Origin: Amphiscolops sp. MND2022
Lineage: Eukaryota
DNA: 64,000 bases
Direction of reading: 5' to 3'
NCBI GenBank assembly: GCA_964187785.1
Contig: OZ076411.1
Coordinates: forward strand, 46,190,001-46,254,000
Every line of letters begins with the position of its first letter. The stretch's first letter is position 1. This document shows, piece by piece, positions 12,401-25,700 of the stretch. The notes under the pieces were generated by a model that was not told the origin of the DNA, did not search any database, and saw only the letters and a program-made list of their open reading frames with translations. A program made the translations under genes and the position numbers.

Positions 12401-13498
12401 TGACCCCAAAAATACGCCTGAGACTCGGAAACCACTTTTTCATCAACAGGATTCACAAAAAGACCCAATATTTTGAATTTTTGGTAAAAAGCGAAAAAAC
12501 TTTCAACTCGCAAGAAATCTTTTCTCAAGCCGAAGTCAGCTATAAAAGCAAGCGGGTATCCTTAGACCAAATGAAAGTTTCTGAAAGACGCCCAGAGCCG
12601 AAAAAACTGAAATGTTGTATTTTCCACAATCAATAAAAAAAATCATCAGTTCCACATGATCAAAAGTAACAAAGAGCTCACCCTCAAGACTCGGGAAACT
12701 TATTTCGTTTACAGAAAACCTCAATAATCAAAAATGCTAAAAATTTCTCTACTCGGTAAGTCGCCTAGTGCCGAAAAAACGAAAAGTGGCTAGCTATCGC
12801 AGAATATAAATTAGGTGTTTCCTTTGAAATGGGTCAAGATGGAATCAAAGCTTTCTTTTCTTCCAACTTCTTTTCGTTTTTATAGTGCATTGGCTATTCT
12901 TGGGCCTCTAATTTATGTAGTTGAGTATGAACAGTTAAGGGCGGAAAATATCTCGCTGCTTAGCGGGCCTCTTGTTTTTCAAAAACTATTTGAAAACTTC
13001 TCGAAAGATCATCCCAAAGTGATAACTTATCTTTGCAAAACCTCAATATACGAAAAAGCAACCCGTATTCAATACTCCAAAAGTTTTCTAAAAAGTTGCA
13101 CAGTTTCGAAATTCCAAAAGTTAGATTCCATGTTTTGGAATTATGTATTTTCATTTTTTGTAGGTTTGTAATGAAATTTCTGAAATGCTGAACAAAAAAA
13201 CATTGCCAAGACTAATAAGGTAATTCCGCGTTCTTATTGGACTCATATTTCCAAACCTGTTAACCAAAACCTTTTGATGGTAATAGACTAACTGTTTTTA
13301 ATCAACTTTTCCTCGGTGTATTGTCAGTTCTGTTGCCGAACAAAACTAAATGTCAATTTGGGACATAGAAATGTGAAACTTGTTACTCATAATGATGATC
13401 TCATTTTGTTGCCAAAACTGTCACTCTTGGATCAATATCTTTTTTTTCATCGATCTCTTTCTAAATTGCATAATTGTAAAATTGAAGGTGTTCAATAA

Positions 13499-13771
13499 TT
13501 AAGAGTTATATGAAAGATGATGCTGAGTTGAAGGAAAAGTGTGTTCATAAATATTGGTGTGATGACTTTCGTGATCAAGAACCATGTACGGGTGAGATGA
13601 TTCCTCGTCTGGCAGGGTTTGTTCACTCTCACTTTTCGCCTCCCCGAAGTTGTTCACACTTCCGTCATTGCAAAGGGAGTCACTGAAGTAAGCATCCTCT
13701 CTGGAGACTCCACTGCATGTTGCGAACGTGGAAAAATCCGCTGTGTTGTAAGCCACTTGGGACGCACTTTC
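13499..13771 (-). CDS. NCKAP5: NCKAP5-like terminal exon 11
   Basis: tttcaaag|GAA AGT GCG...; stop TAA at 13501-13499. Confidence 0.65.
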   Translation of the reverse strand, partial: ESASQVAYNTADFSTFATCSGVSREDAYFSDSLCNDGSVNNFGEAKSESEQTLPDEESSHPYMVLDHESHHTNIYEHTFPSTQHHLSYNS

Positions 13772-16700
13772 CTTTGAAATAAAGAGATTTCATAAGAACG
13801 AAATGGCGTAGAAGTGAAAAAAAAAGATTTCATAAGAACGGAACGTTGTAAAACTGAGAAGAAAAGATTTAATTAGATTTCAGGATACAAGAAAAAATGC
13901 TTTTGTTTTTTTTTACAAAAAACAGCTCCAAGCTCAGCTTATGAGCTGCGTTTTTCTGCGGCTTTTCGTTGAAATGAAAGAAGAACTGTTTAGATTGAAC
14001 TAACAAATCTACCTCGCTAATATCTTTAGCGTCCTTAATGCTGCCGGGGCCATTAAAGTAACCAACTGAAACAACTACTAGTAATTGTTCAAAACCAGAG
14101 AAAACATGCATTTTGAAACCATATAAGTGAAAAAGGATGACAACAAAATTTACGTTGTCCGAATCAGGCTTTTAGAAAATTTCGAACATTTTCCCACCGA
14201 TGTCCTGCGGTGGAAACGGAATAATTGAATGCACGAAAATGTCTCCTCCGGTGATCACCGGTGATTTGCGGTGGAGTACTTGTACGGCAATAAATACATG
14301 TACTGTGGTCACGCTAAAATTGTTGCTACTGAAAAACTTCTCAAAAATGGCAAAGCGCTGAAGAGTTATGAAAGATATGAATGTTCAAGTTGATAAAATA
14401 CTTCAGGGTGCTAACTTGATATTGGTCGCAAGGTTGGTTCCGCGATGGAGATTGAGACTTTGAAGCTGAATTTGAGTTGAGGAACGAGAACTGCTCCAGA
14501 ACTTGATTCTCTTCCGCCCCAAATCTGTTGAAATCCACGTCCTTCACGTTCGACCGCTTTTTGACTGCTGCTTTCTTCATTCCTGCGTTTTAATACCATA
14601 GTAACTTTTGGTTCAAAAAATAAGGAAACTGGTTTTCAGCGAAACTTTGAAGTAAATTTGGAAGTTTCCGCAAAAATCGAGAAAAATTGAATCTCAACTG
14701 AAAATAGACGTTTTGTTTTCCATCAATTATCGGGTCAAATTCAAGAAATTAATGATAGTAATTTGGGCATATTTACTGGACTTTTCATTTCCCATGCCTA
14801 CTGTAACAAGAATCTACCCAATAATGCATTTTAAGCATTGATCCCTTAGCATGAAAATTAAAAATTTTCCTTCATATCAAACAGTATGAACCAAACTCAC
14901 TGTCCACTATAACTGGATCAAACCGATCACGGTTGCCTGGTGATCCAAAAAACGGTCCATTGTCGTCTTCTGATGACGTGGCACTAGTAGTCTGGGTGTC
15001 AATCCAGTTTTCCAGGAAAGCGGCCCTGCTGTTGAACCCATCCACTTCGTCCCCGCCAGCACTGTCACTGCCCAGTCCTGCCCCTCCCCCTGCTCCTTGC
15101 TGACTCAAGTTTTCTTGCAGGGGCTCATGATCCCCTGGGCCGTTCAAAGACTCGTCGTCTGTGGTTGCTATTTTGTCATACTCGTTTTCGGGTAGACTGT
15201 TCTGTTGCTGAAAAAAGTCGCATCTTCAGTCATGAAAAACTCGGCTCCGCAACAGGTTACTTTCTTGCTTTTCTTAAATTTGAAAAACTAGTACGTAGAA
15301 ATTCATAGATTCCTCAAAAGAACACAAAACGTTTTGGTTACATCCGGTAACACAAAAAGGGTTCATTCGGAAAATTCTTTTTTTTTCATAGATTCTTAGT
15401 TTGAGGAAAACTAACGCTTGGTTCGTTTTCGGACTGGATCTCCTCTTGATCAGACATGTTGTTCACAAGAGTGCTGGTGTCGCCTATGGTGTCATCTCCC
15501 CCACTGACGTCACTGGGGTGTCTCATAGACGACACTTGGAACTAAAAACAGACACGTGACTTGAGACATCTTTTCTACTGAAATATTTTCTCACAGTAAA
15601 TGGAGTTTGATATATATGGAACAAATAGATTTCGAATGAAACAAAAATTCACTCGAATTGCAAAAAATTTGGGTGCAATTATGTTTTTGAAATTCGTCTT
15701 CGTGCTCATGCTTAATGCGAACATAATTCAAGCTTCTCAATGTAGAGCATTTTGCGCGACCAGTACTTTTTTTAACGAGCTGGCGATTGAGATCACATTA
15801 AGAAATTTCACGTTGCAAAGATTTGGCATACAATTACACAAGCTCAAAGTGTAATTGTCTATATTTGTGATGAAAATGAATCAAAAGTCAGCTAGGCGGA
15901 CGAATATTTACTCGGATAAAAATGGTTGGCCGTATGAATTTTCATAGTAGGTTTTGAAGAGAGAACTAACTCTGGATTCATCGTTCCTTCTCATCATCAC
16001 TGGTGACCTCATGACGTTTTTATCTGGACTATTATCACTAAATGAGGTTCTCGGGTCTACCAAATAATTGTACTTGATTTCAGGTTTCCTTATCATTCTG
16101 GGAGAGGCTGGTATTTCAGGTGCCGGAGGAGCTGTTTCTATTTTCACCGATTCGATTACCACCGGAGCTGAACTGGGAGAAGGTTTTTTGCTGTTCTGAT
16201 TTGCTGAACTGGATTTGGAAAAATGATGGCCAGAATGTTTTTTCAGCAGCGACGGGATTTTAAGTTTCAAAGATTTCTTATTTTTAGAAGAGCTCTCCGA
16301 GCTATCAGATGACGGATGGTAAACCGGGGTTTTCATGTCTTTGGGGTTCATTTGTTTTATATTCTTAACAGGTATAGAACTTTGTTTCGATTTATTTTGT
16401 TTCGCCAACTTCTTTTCCTTAATTGGGGTTATATTGGAGGCAAAAACTGCATCTCTGTGTTGATTACTATCCATCAGCTCGTCTTCGGGATTCCGGTCAA
16501 AAGTTGGACTCATTGGGGGTGATGAGTACTTCATAGCAATTTCCCGGATTCGGCGGTCGTCCGGGTGTTCCATTGAACGTTCAAATCTTTGGTTCATTTC
16601 ATTCGAAGAACTGCTGTTGGGTCGACCAGACACGTCATTGGTTATTACGTCATTAGGTCCAACTACTTGTTTCCGATTAGCAAGTGGGGTTGAGGGGTGA

Positions 16701-19700
16701 TTAGGGGGCAAGTCAGGAGGCATTTGCTTCACTGGGGTTCTGGGTAATCGACTGTTTGCTTGTCGGGGACTGTGAATATGCTGTGGTTGTTGGTTTTGTT
16801 GATTTTCATTTGGTTTACGTTCCCAAATATCCACTGATTTTCCAGCTTCCTTGGCCTGGGTTCCCTCGGGACTAGAAGGCGATCTTCTAATGTTCTTCGA
16901 GCTTGAAGGGTGGCCTATTTTTGATTTGGGCATTAACTTAGCTCTAGTTTCAGGAGAGGCCATGTGTTCTTTGTTGTCGATTTCAACCGCCTCATTAGTG
17001 AGCTGCATCCCCTGGCTGGAATTGATGACTCTGTTAGGTGAAAATCCAGGTATTCTTGACTTTTGAGTTTTAGGATCAACAAGTTGTCGAGGTCTTTCTT
17101 TGGCAGCAATTGGCCTCCTCTGCGGAACTGGAGGACTGAAGTTTCTGGTATTTTTAGTTTGCGGGCTTTTTGGACTTCTTGGAGATTGAATTTCGCTCGG
17201 TTTAGGTTCCAAATAATCAGGTTCTTGCTTCGTAGTAGATGGTCTGCTTGAGCCGTGGTGGGGTTTGTTGCTGATTGAAGGATCAACAGGCAAAAAATCA
17301 TAGAGTTCTTCACGTATTACTTCTTCGCGTATGTTCTCACAGTCAGGACCCGAAACTTGACCTTGATTGTCAGTGTTATCTTCAAAAGATGTCTGACGTG
17401 GTGTCATGCTCCCAACTCTACTTTGGCTGCCCTGTCGAGATGACGCAAGTTTCTTGTCAAACACCACTGATCCGATATGTGAGCTTCTAACTAGTGGCTG
17501 TTGAATCGTATCCACTGACCATTTTTGTCCATTCACGTTGGCATTGTTTTGAGAAGCTGGCCTCGAATCTGATGAGACATACTTGGGATCCTGGGGCCCA
17601 CTTAACCTCATTGAAACATGCGACATATGAACAGGCTTGCTCTTGGTTTCAAGAGGTCTTGTTGGTATTGGGGGTGCTCTTGGGTCATTGGTTTCGGTTA
17701 AAGGAGGCATGTGGAATCCGATGGCCGAGTCAGCCGAATTCGTGCTGTTTGAGTGTTCCAGGGTATTGAAAACCTGTCGTGGACTTGACTCATCAGCCCT
17801 GAGAGACGTCACTGCTGATGATTCAACATTATTTTGATCTTGGTTATGAAGAAACTCTTCTATCGCCAAAGATTCACGTTTTTCTGGCTCATACATAGCA
17901 CCTGAGACACCTCTGGCTGTTAACACTTCCTGCGAAACACAAAGACAGTAAAGAGGTACCATGACACGTTTCTCTCACCATTCCGAGGATACATAGGAAG
18001 TGAAACCAATAACGCTCAGACGTGAAATTAACAATTGTTCGTTAATGTAGATAGTGAACACCAATGAACAATCACGACATTCAAATACGTTATAAACTCT
18101 TCATTTTTGCATTTTTAGTCCGAAAATTTCATCTCTGGTATCATCATGACTTATTGGTAGTTCGTTGTTCTTTGAATCTTCAATTGCCTTAGTGTGAAAA
18201 CGAAATTTTGTCTGTAAATCAGTTTTTGACAATTTTTAAGTCAATATTAGAATTAGTTCAAAGCTCTTTAATTTAAGTTTACTTGCATTAAACAACTTAC
18301 ATCTGGGTCTGTTTCCTCACTGGGCACATTCGACAAATTGAGCGTCTCATTGTCCATATCTTTTATGACGCCATCGTTATGGAAAAAGTTGGTCGGATCT
18401 ACCTGAGACGAGGACGGCGACTTCTCCAGAAGCGCCTTGCTCTCGTTGTTGCTCGCATCTAATTGGTCGAACAGTTTCCACCTATCCTGAGAGTTGCTGG
18501 GAGCTTCTTGTTCTTTTGAAGGCTCTGACACTTTATGATCTAATTGTAGTCTGATAGATTTATTCTCATTTTCCAATTCCTTGACAAGATCCTGCAATCG
18601 CCTATACTCTGCCTGTAAGTCCTGTAGCAAAGTCTTATGTAAAACTTTCAACTCAGAAGCTGAACGTTATGGAATTGAGAACTAATGGGAATGTTAAGGT
18701 TTTATTTGTGTTTTGAAAACCAGCGAGGACGGTAAACAAGCCGGGAACGGCGTAAGTCGGCGCCATATCTAAGGCTCAGAAATAGCAAAAGGACATGGAA
18801 GTGTCAAAAAAAATCAAAGTATCAAACTCACGAAAACCAAAACGACGGAACTGGCGCGCTAAAAGAACGATCCTTTCGCATTTTTCAACATCCATTATTG
18901 CAAAACATTAAGAAATTGAAGGGTGAAAAAAATTTGGTGAAAAAAATTCCGAAAAAAAGTCTCACAATGCCGACAAAAACTGAAAGGGGGGTCCTTTAGT
19001 CTCTTCCGGTACGGGATGTTACGCGGAAAAACAGGAAAAACCTTTTTTCAGTTCGCTAGGCCAAATGATTAAATTTGGGATCATAAAATTTTGTATAACT
19101 TTTGTAGAACTATTTTGGCCAGTTCGTGTGGATTGAAAAAAAGGAAAAAAAAGTCACTATAAAAGTCGCGTTTCACTTTATGAATCTCCGACTAAAAAAC
19201 GACGAAAGATAGCAATCATGATCTGCCACGATCAAATACTTATAACGTACCCAAAAGTTCAAGAGTATGAAAATGAATAGAAATTTGAAGAAGAAAATTG
19301 GGTGTAATTGGTCGAAATTGAAAAATTCGACAATTTTTGACTATCTTAATATTTTCGAGTAACTTCATTCAACATTGTCTCCGTGAAAGCGTTTTGAATT
19401 TTCTATTGTTTCAACGGTTCTATGGAAGTTCTATGAAAAAAAATCATGAAGTGAACATAAGATGGGACTCATTTGTCATATTCCTACCTTTTTGTGATTT
19501 TTTCGGTTTCTGGGGTGTTTTTGTAGCCTATTTCAACAAGAAACTGCGGTTATTTTTTGACGAAACCTACTGAATAATAACTTTATTCGTCTTCAAACAG
19601 TTTGACTTTTCCTATCAAGAAACGTTTCAAAAACCTTACGAAAATTGTTTCAAAAAAATTACATTCTGAAACATTGGATTTCTAAACTTTTCAAACCATT

Positions 19701-22700
19701 TCCTAGACCGAACTGTAGGTATGTTATGAAAAAAGCGTACTGGATAGAAACTTTAGCTTCGTTGAACAGTTTTATTATGGAAATATATGTTTTTTCAAAC
19801 ATTTTACAAAGTTTGCATTACTATTTCTTTGATTGGTCGTTTTGGACTTTCTATTTTATCGATTTATTCGCAGCTGAAAATTTTCATCTAAAGTGTCGAA
19901 AACTAGAACATTTTGATTTTTCGACAACTTTGCCGTCCTGTTAAGACACTTTTCCAAAAAAAACTGTGGATTTCTTCTCAAAAACGTCTACTGGATACCT
20001 GTATCAGTCATTGTTTAATGCATACACTATTCCGATTCACGAAATTGTTCTAAAAGATTAGAAAAAAGTTCATCAAAGTTTCACAAACAGGAAAAAACAT
20101 TGGATTTTCCTATTATTTTTATGATTACGGATCATTTTTCTACAAACAAAATTGCAAAAGTAGTTTTTCGGAAGGTACTGCTTACGGAAGAGTATCCTTT
20201 TGAACTTTTTTTGAACTTCTCAACTACATCAGTTCCCTATTTGGTATTGAAAAGTCACTAAATGGTCAAACACTGCAAAATGTTCTTTTTTCACTACTCT
20301 GGGGTCTGTTTTCAGTCTTTTTTAAAATATACTGGTATCTCTACAAAGAAGCGTACTGGGCAACGCCTCCTTTGGAGGTTGAGATTTTTTATACCGTCCA
20401 CGACGAAATCTCCGTTGTTTTTCAGAATTTTCATTGAAAATTGTCGAATGTTTAAAACATCTTGTTTTATGACTATTTCGAGTTGACTCTGAGTTTTAGC
20501 ATGCGCTTCTTGAAGTGTGAAGCGACTATACTTGTGACGTTTTTTCAACCCACACGAAATGACTGAAGTTGTGTCACGAAGTTCTACAAAAATTTAGAGG
20601 TCAAATGGCACTGAGCAATGAAAGTTGTTCTGTTTATAGCGTAACATACAATACTGGACGAGATAATTCCGCTTTTGACTTTTTCCGGCCATGTGAACTA
20701 TTTTGTGGAAAAATTTCAAAGCTTACTGCATATCTAGTTTAATCGTGTTTGAATGTTTTCATCCTGCTTATCCAAAAATTTGGACACAAAATGTGTGGAA
20801 GCGACTTAGAGTGGTAAGTTTCGGGTCTTTCGACTACTTAGGGGTCAAATTGAGGAATTTGCGTTTATCTTCTCAAAAAGCTTCCTGGGAAACGAATTCA
20901 AATGTTGTTGAAAATTTTGGAAGTTCTGATTTACGAAATCTCTCGAAACTCCACAAAAATTGCGTCTAAATTTTCAAAAAATAAAAAATTGGGGTTGAAA
21001 ATTATCAATCTTCTACTGGAAAACTACAAAATTATCCTTTGAACAGCGTACTGATTAGCTCAATAAATCGTATGGAGCTTTTAGGAGCGTCTGATCTACG
21101 AAACTTTTCACAATCAATGACTTTTGGTTTTCAATATTTTGGTCTTTTCGCGGATTTATTTGAGGTTTTTTTCCATTAAAATTCTCTAAATATCTCTTCC
21201 GAAAAGCCACCCGAATATCGACTGCAAAGGATGTTGAACATTTATGAAATGGTAACCCTCGAAACGCTTCAAAAAAGAACAAAAATTGGCACAAAATCGT
21301 TCTTCAAAAGTTTGAATATCGCATGAAACAAAATTTAAATCAGTTCAATTTTATAGCTGAAACCCTTAAACTTGGGAATAAATTTGGAACATGGCAATTT
21401 TTGGAAAAAGAACGCGGGTGATTTAAACCTTTCCATATGGAACATGGACGGAAATTAATTATCTTGAGCAGTTTGCTTCTTTTCCGAACTGCTATCTAAA
21501 AACATCAAGAAATGTCAGTGCACATGTGTGTTTGTTAAGATGAAGAATGGGAGCTTGACTCATGTGGGGAGCTTGGGTTTCTCTTCTCGATAATGAGATG
21601 AAAGGGATCAGTGTTAAAATCTAAGGGAGTGATATCTGAGTAGATCTAGAAGTGAATAGTTATGACTATTCAACAACGTGATGCTCAGATACTCACAAGA
21701 GTTTTTGTTTCAGTTTCACCTGAATTTCTTTGACTTAGAGTTCATTGTAGCAAGTTGTTTTCCAACGAATATTCGTTGCTCACTATTCGTACCATATCAT
21801 TAGTTCGATAAATTCAGTTGAAGTTCCATGATCAAGCAATGGCTTCCAATTTATGTGTTTTAATCCATCTGCAATGAAAATTGTATCTTTCAATCTATCT
21901 ACTTTTTTTGCAATGAAAAAATGAACTTAACAGTTTGATCATTCAAGAGCCATAGAACAATAATCAATTAATTGTTCTCATTTTTTTCTCACACAAAACC
22001 TTTTAAAGATGAATTGTTTAAATTCCATGCATTCATGATATCAGAAAAGATGAGCACTATTAAATCTCTTCAGAAACTGCTAAAAGTGGTTTGAATTCCA
22101 TCTGGTGGATTTTTTTTAAAAAAGAGATTTTTCTCATAAGTTTTGCTCTCAAAGTTGCTCAACGTAACAAAGTTTTGACAAATGCGCTGACGACAAAACC
22201 CTAAAGAACATTCTACATGTGAATATTTGACCGTGTGGCAAAAATATGTAATTTGACTTTTGAGTCCAGATCAACCCCAGTTTAATCGAAGCGTAGAGCA
22301 TTGAAATAACCACCCGAAAATTTCAAATTCAGTTTTTACCATACATATAGTTACGAATTCTGGAACAATTCCCGACAAATATCGAGAAAGAAGATAATGA
22401 AAAAATGATTCTCCATTACCTTTGAAAAACAACGTAGAGGTTTCGAGCATTTTCATTTGTGAAAAAATGTCACATGCAATTTTTGATCTTCTTCTTACTC
22501 ACAAGTCACTCATAATAACCACACCTATGGACAAAATGTTTCAGACAAAAGAAAAAATTATTTATGAAAATGGCACAGCAACAAAATATTTTATTCAAAA
22601 TATTCTCCACCTTTTGAAAAGTGTTTCCAGCCAATCAAGATGTGTACCTTTTGAGCAGTCAGAGCAGTGGACACCTTCTGAGACACCTCATCCAGGCACT

Positions 22701-25700
22701 TTTCGTAGCTCTCCTTCTGGGTGGAGCTGGTCTCACTCAGCTTCTTGTTCTCTGCCTCCAGCTGGGCCACCCTGGCACTCAGACTCTCTATCTTAGCCAG
22801 ATAAGTATCCTGAATGTCGTAGCTCTGTTTCAGATTCTCAAGCTCGCTTCGCATTGACGCATTCTGATTAGAAAGCTTCTCCTGTAGTTTCTTCGTCTGT
22901 AATCACCCAATTTGAATAATTATTCTGGAAAACTACTGTGAGTTTTTTAAAAACAAGCAAACGATGCAAATCACTACATAACCTGCAAAGGAATTGTAGA
23001 ACACTGGGAACAATTTTTCGGATGCAAACGCCGGACCCTGACATTAAAGCAATTGTTTATTTTTAATATAATCAATATGTTGTCTGGAACGAAAACCTCT
23101 CTTTTGGGTAGTTATATTCTGAGGAACTGCCGCTTTCATTCAGATAAACATTCGGAACATCGCAAAATTGACCAAACTACACGGGGTTCAATTATTGTGA
23201 AATCATATTTTCCCGCATATGAAATATGGGACGTGGAACAACAACTCCAGTTTTACAGATGTTGACACATAGGTTTCGTTTCCATTTTGGAAACTTCGCG
23301 CGAGTTTCAGGAAGAATATTAACCTTATTGAGAGTGGGTTTGTGTAGACTGGATATGAGCTGGTTGCTTTTCCTGCCCAGTTGGGACAGCTGTGTGTGAA
23401 GTGCCTGCAGTCTGCCTCTCGATGACTCATTCTCCTCAATCAGGTCCCTCACCCTGGCCTCTGCCTCCTCTCGTAACACTCTCTCCTCCTCTAGTTCCTG
23501 CTGGATCAGCTCCCTCTGCAATGCATGACAGAAATTGATTTCACACATTGATGAGAAAATTTGAGTTCTTGCATTTTAACTGAACTTGTACTTTTCTTAT
23601 ATATTTTTATTTTTGATAAATGTTCTTTTTTCTCAGAGATACTTGTAATGCAAGCTTTAACTTTTTAAAATAAAGACTCCCTATTTTGTACAATATCATG
23701 CATCCTGAATTTCAGTCAACTGAGAGACGACGCATTTGCTGTCAATCTCGAAGATTTTCAACAACTAAAGATTATCGGACGAAATTTTGACGAAATCGGA
23801 CGAAGCACCTCATTTGAACAGGTTAAGAGATCAAATTTCATCTCACGAACATAATCATCCGGTGAGTAGCTGCGCAGCTCGTTCTGTAGGTTTTGAACCA
23901 GCTGTCTTTCTCTAAAAAATAACGATTCTCAAGCAAAGTTCAAAGTGATCAGAAGAATCTTCAACAAGGGGAATTAAAAAACTGACTTTTCAGCACTTTG
24001 TTGTTCGGTTTCAAGTTGGTTAGTCAACTGCTCAATTTCGTTCTGCAAGAGCTCCTGAAACACACAAAAATAGATTGCTTCTTGTGTTTACCCTGAACGT
24101 CATTTGTAAGGCAGAAAAATATCGTTGATTATTATTATCCGGGTTTTCTTGCGTTTAAGCTTGAAAAATTTGAAACGAAAAAATACGAAAAAAAATGATT
24201 GATTCCACGTTTATTTCCTTGTGAAAAACGGGTATTTTTAAAATGAAAACAAACAACAAATATAGAATTGACACAACGTTGATTGATCAAGTTAGATACA
24301 ACGTTGATTGATGAAAGAATTGGTCACATTAATACATGCAAGCACACAAATTGTACTTGCCTAGCTTCAATTCTACCAAACGCTTTGTAACAAAATTTAA
24401 TGATTTTATCACTGATCGGTCACTTGAACAATCATAACGCATCCAATATAACTCGACCTGTATTCCGATCTGTTACCACTGCATTAAATTTTTCTAATCC
24501 ATTTATTAAGTTCAAAACTATAATCATAAATATAGAACTTTTATGTTTTCATCAAAAATGTGCGACAGAGAATGACTTTTGAAGCGATAGAAGTCATTGA
24601 TTCCTTATGGTTGTAGTACCTCGTAACTGAATCCACGCAAAGTGTCAAACGTATGACCATACTCAGACTCCAAAGTATTGTCCCTGTTGAATTCGTTTTT
24701 TCTCTTCTGTCTGGGGAGACTTGCATAACTCCTTTCAACTGGCCCTGATTTCAACTGATGCGAGTTGTCGTTTGACGAATGAATCTGCTCCTCATGCAGA
24801 GAGTTTCCCCTGGGTCCGAAATGAGGTTTAGACACAGGCAGCTGAGATCTTGAAGAGCTTCGTTTCTTTCGCGTAATCGCTGGAGACCTAGGCACAAGTC
24901 GGCTTCCGCTGAATCCAGAGTTATCCCCATGCGGAGTCTCTGGAGTATTGGCAAAAACAACGTTATTAGCATTTGTCTGGTATCCTCTTTTCCAACTGTT
25001 CGAAGGAACCTCCAAAGTATCATTTACTGGTAACTGATTGGGAGGCGGCATTCTTGGATCGTGGGTGACATAAGTGTCAGAAGATGACCCCTGGTAATAA
25101 CAAACATCCACGAGATCCGGTTGCTCGTCTCCTAAGTTCTCAAATGTGAAAACTGTCGCTCCTGCTAACGTTGTGTGGGGATTCAGATTCTGGCCCGCAG
25201 AAGCGGGTAACGTTCGGATCCATTGAGGTTGTTGTTGTTGCTGTTGAATATTACGAGGTAATGATCCGTCTCTCGCAGATTTAACTGCAACTTCGCATTT
25301 TATATTTGGATTGTAGGCAGCTTGCCGTCGAGAAGCACTCTTGTCACCTTCAATTGGGGCACTATAAGGTCCTTGGTCACTGTATTGCACACCTTGTGAT
25401 GAGTAAGTATTGCCAGAGGTTTCTGGTGTCTGATGACTCCTATAAGACGGGATAGCGTGATTTGTGAACTGGGAATGACTTCCGTCCTCATAATTGTGTC
25501 TGAATGTATCGCTGAAAGGTTTCCTTGAAATCGCTGGAGGCGGCGCTTGAAATCTATTGGGCGGACTCTGTATAAATGGGGCATGATTTGGTGTTTGAGG
25601 TGTTTGGGCATAACTGCCACCGATAAATGCACCAAACCTAGAACTTTGTCTAACGGGAGCTGCTGAAGTCGGAGTTTGATATTGAACGGGGCCTGCAACA

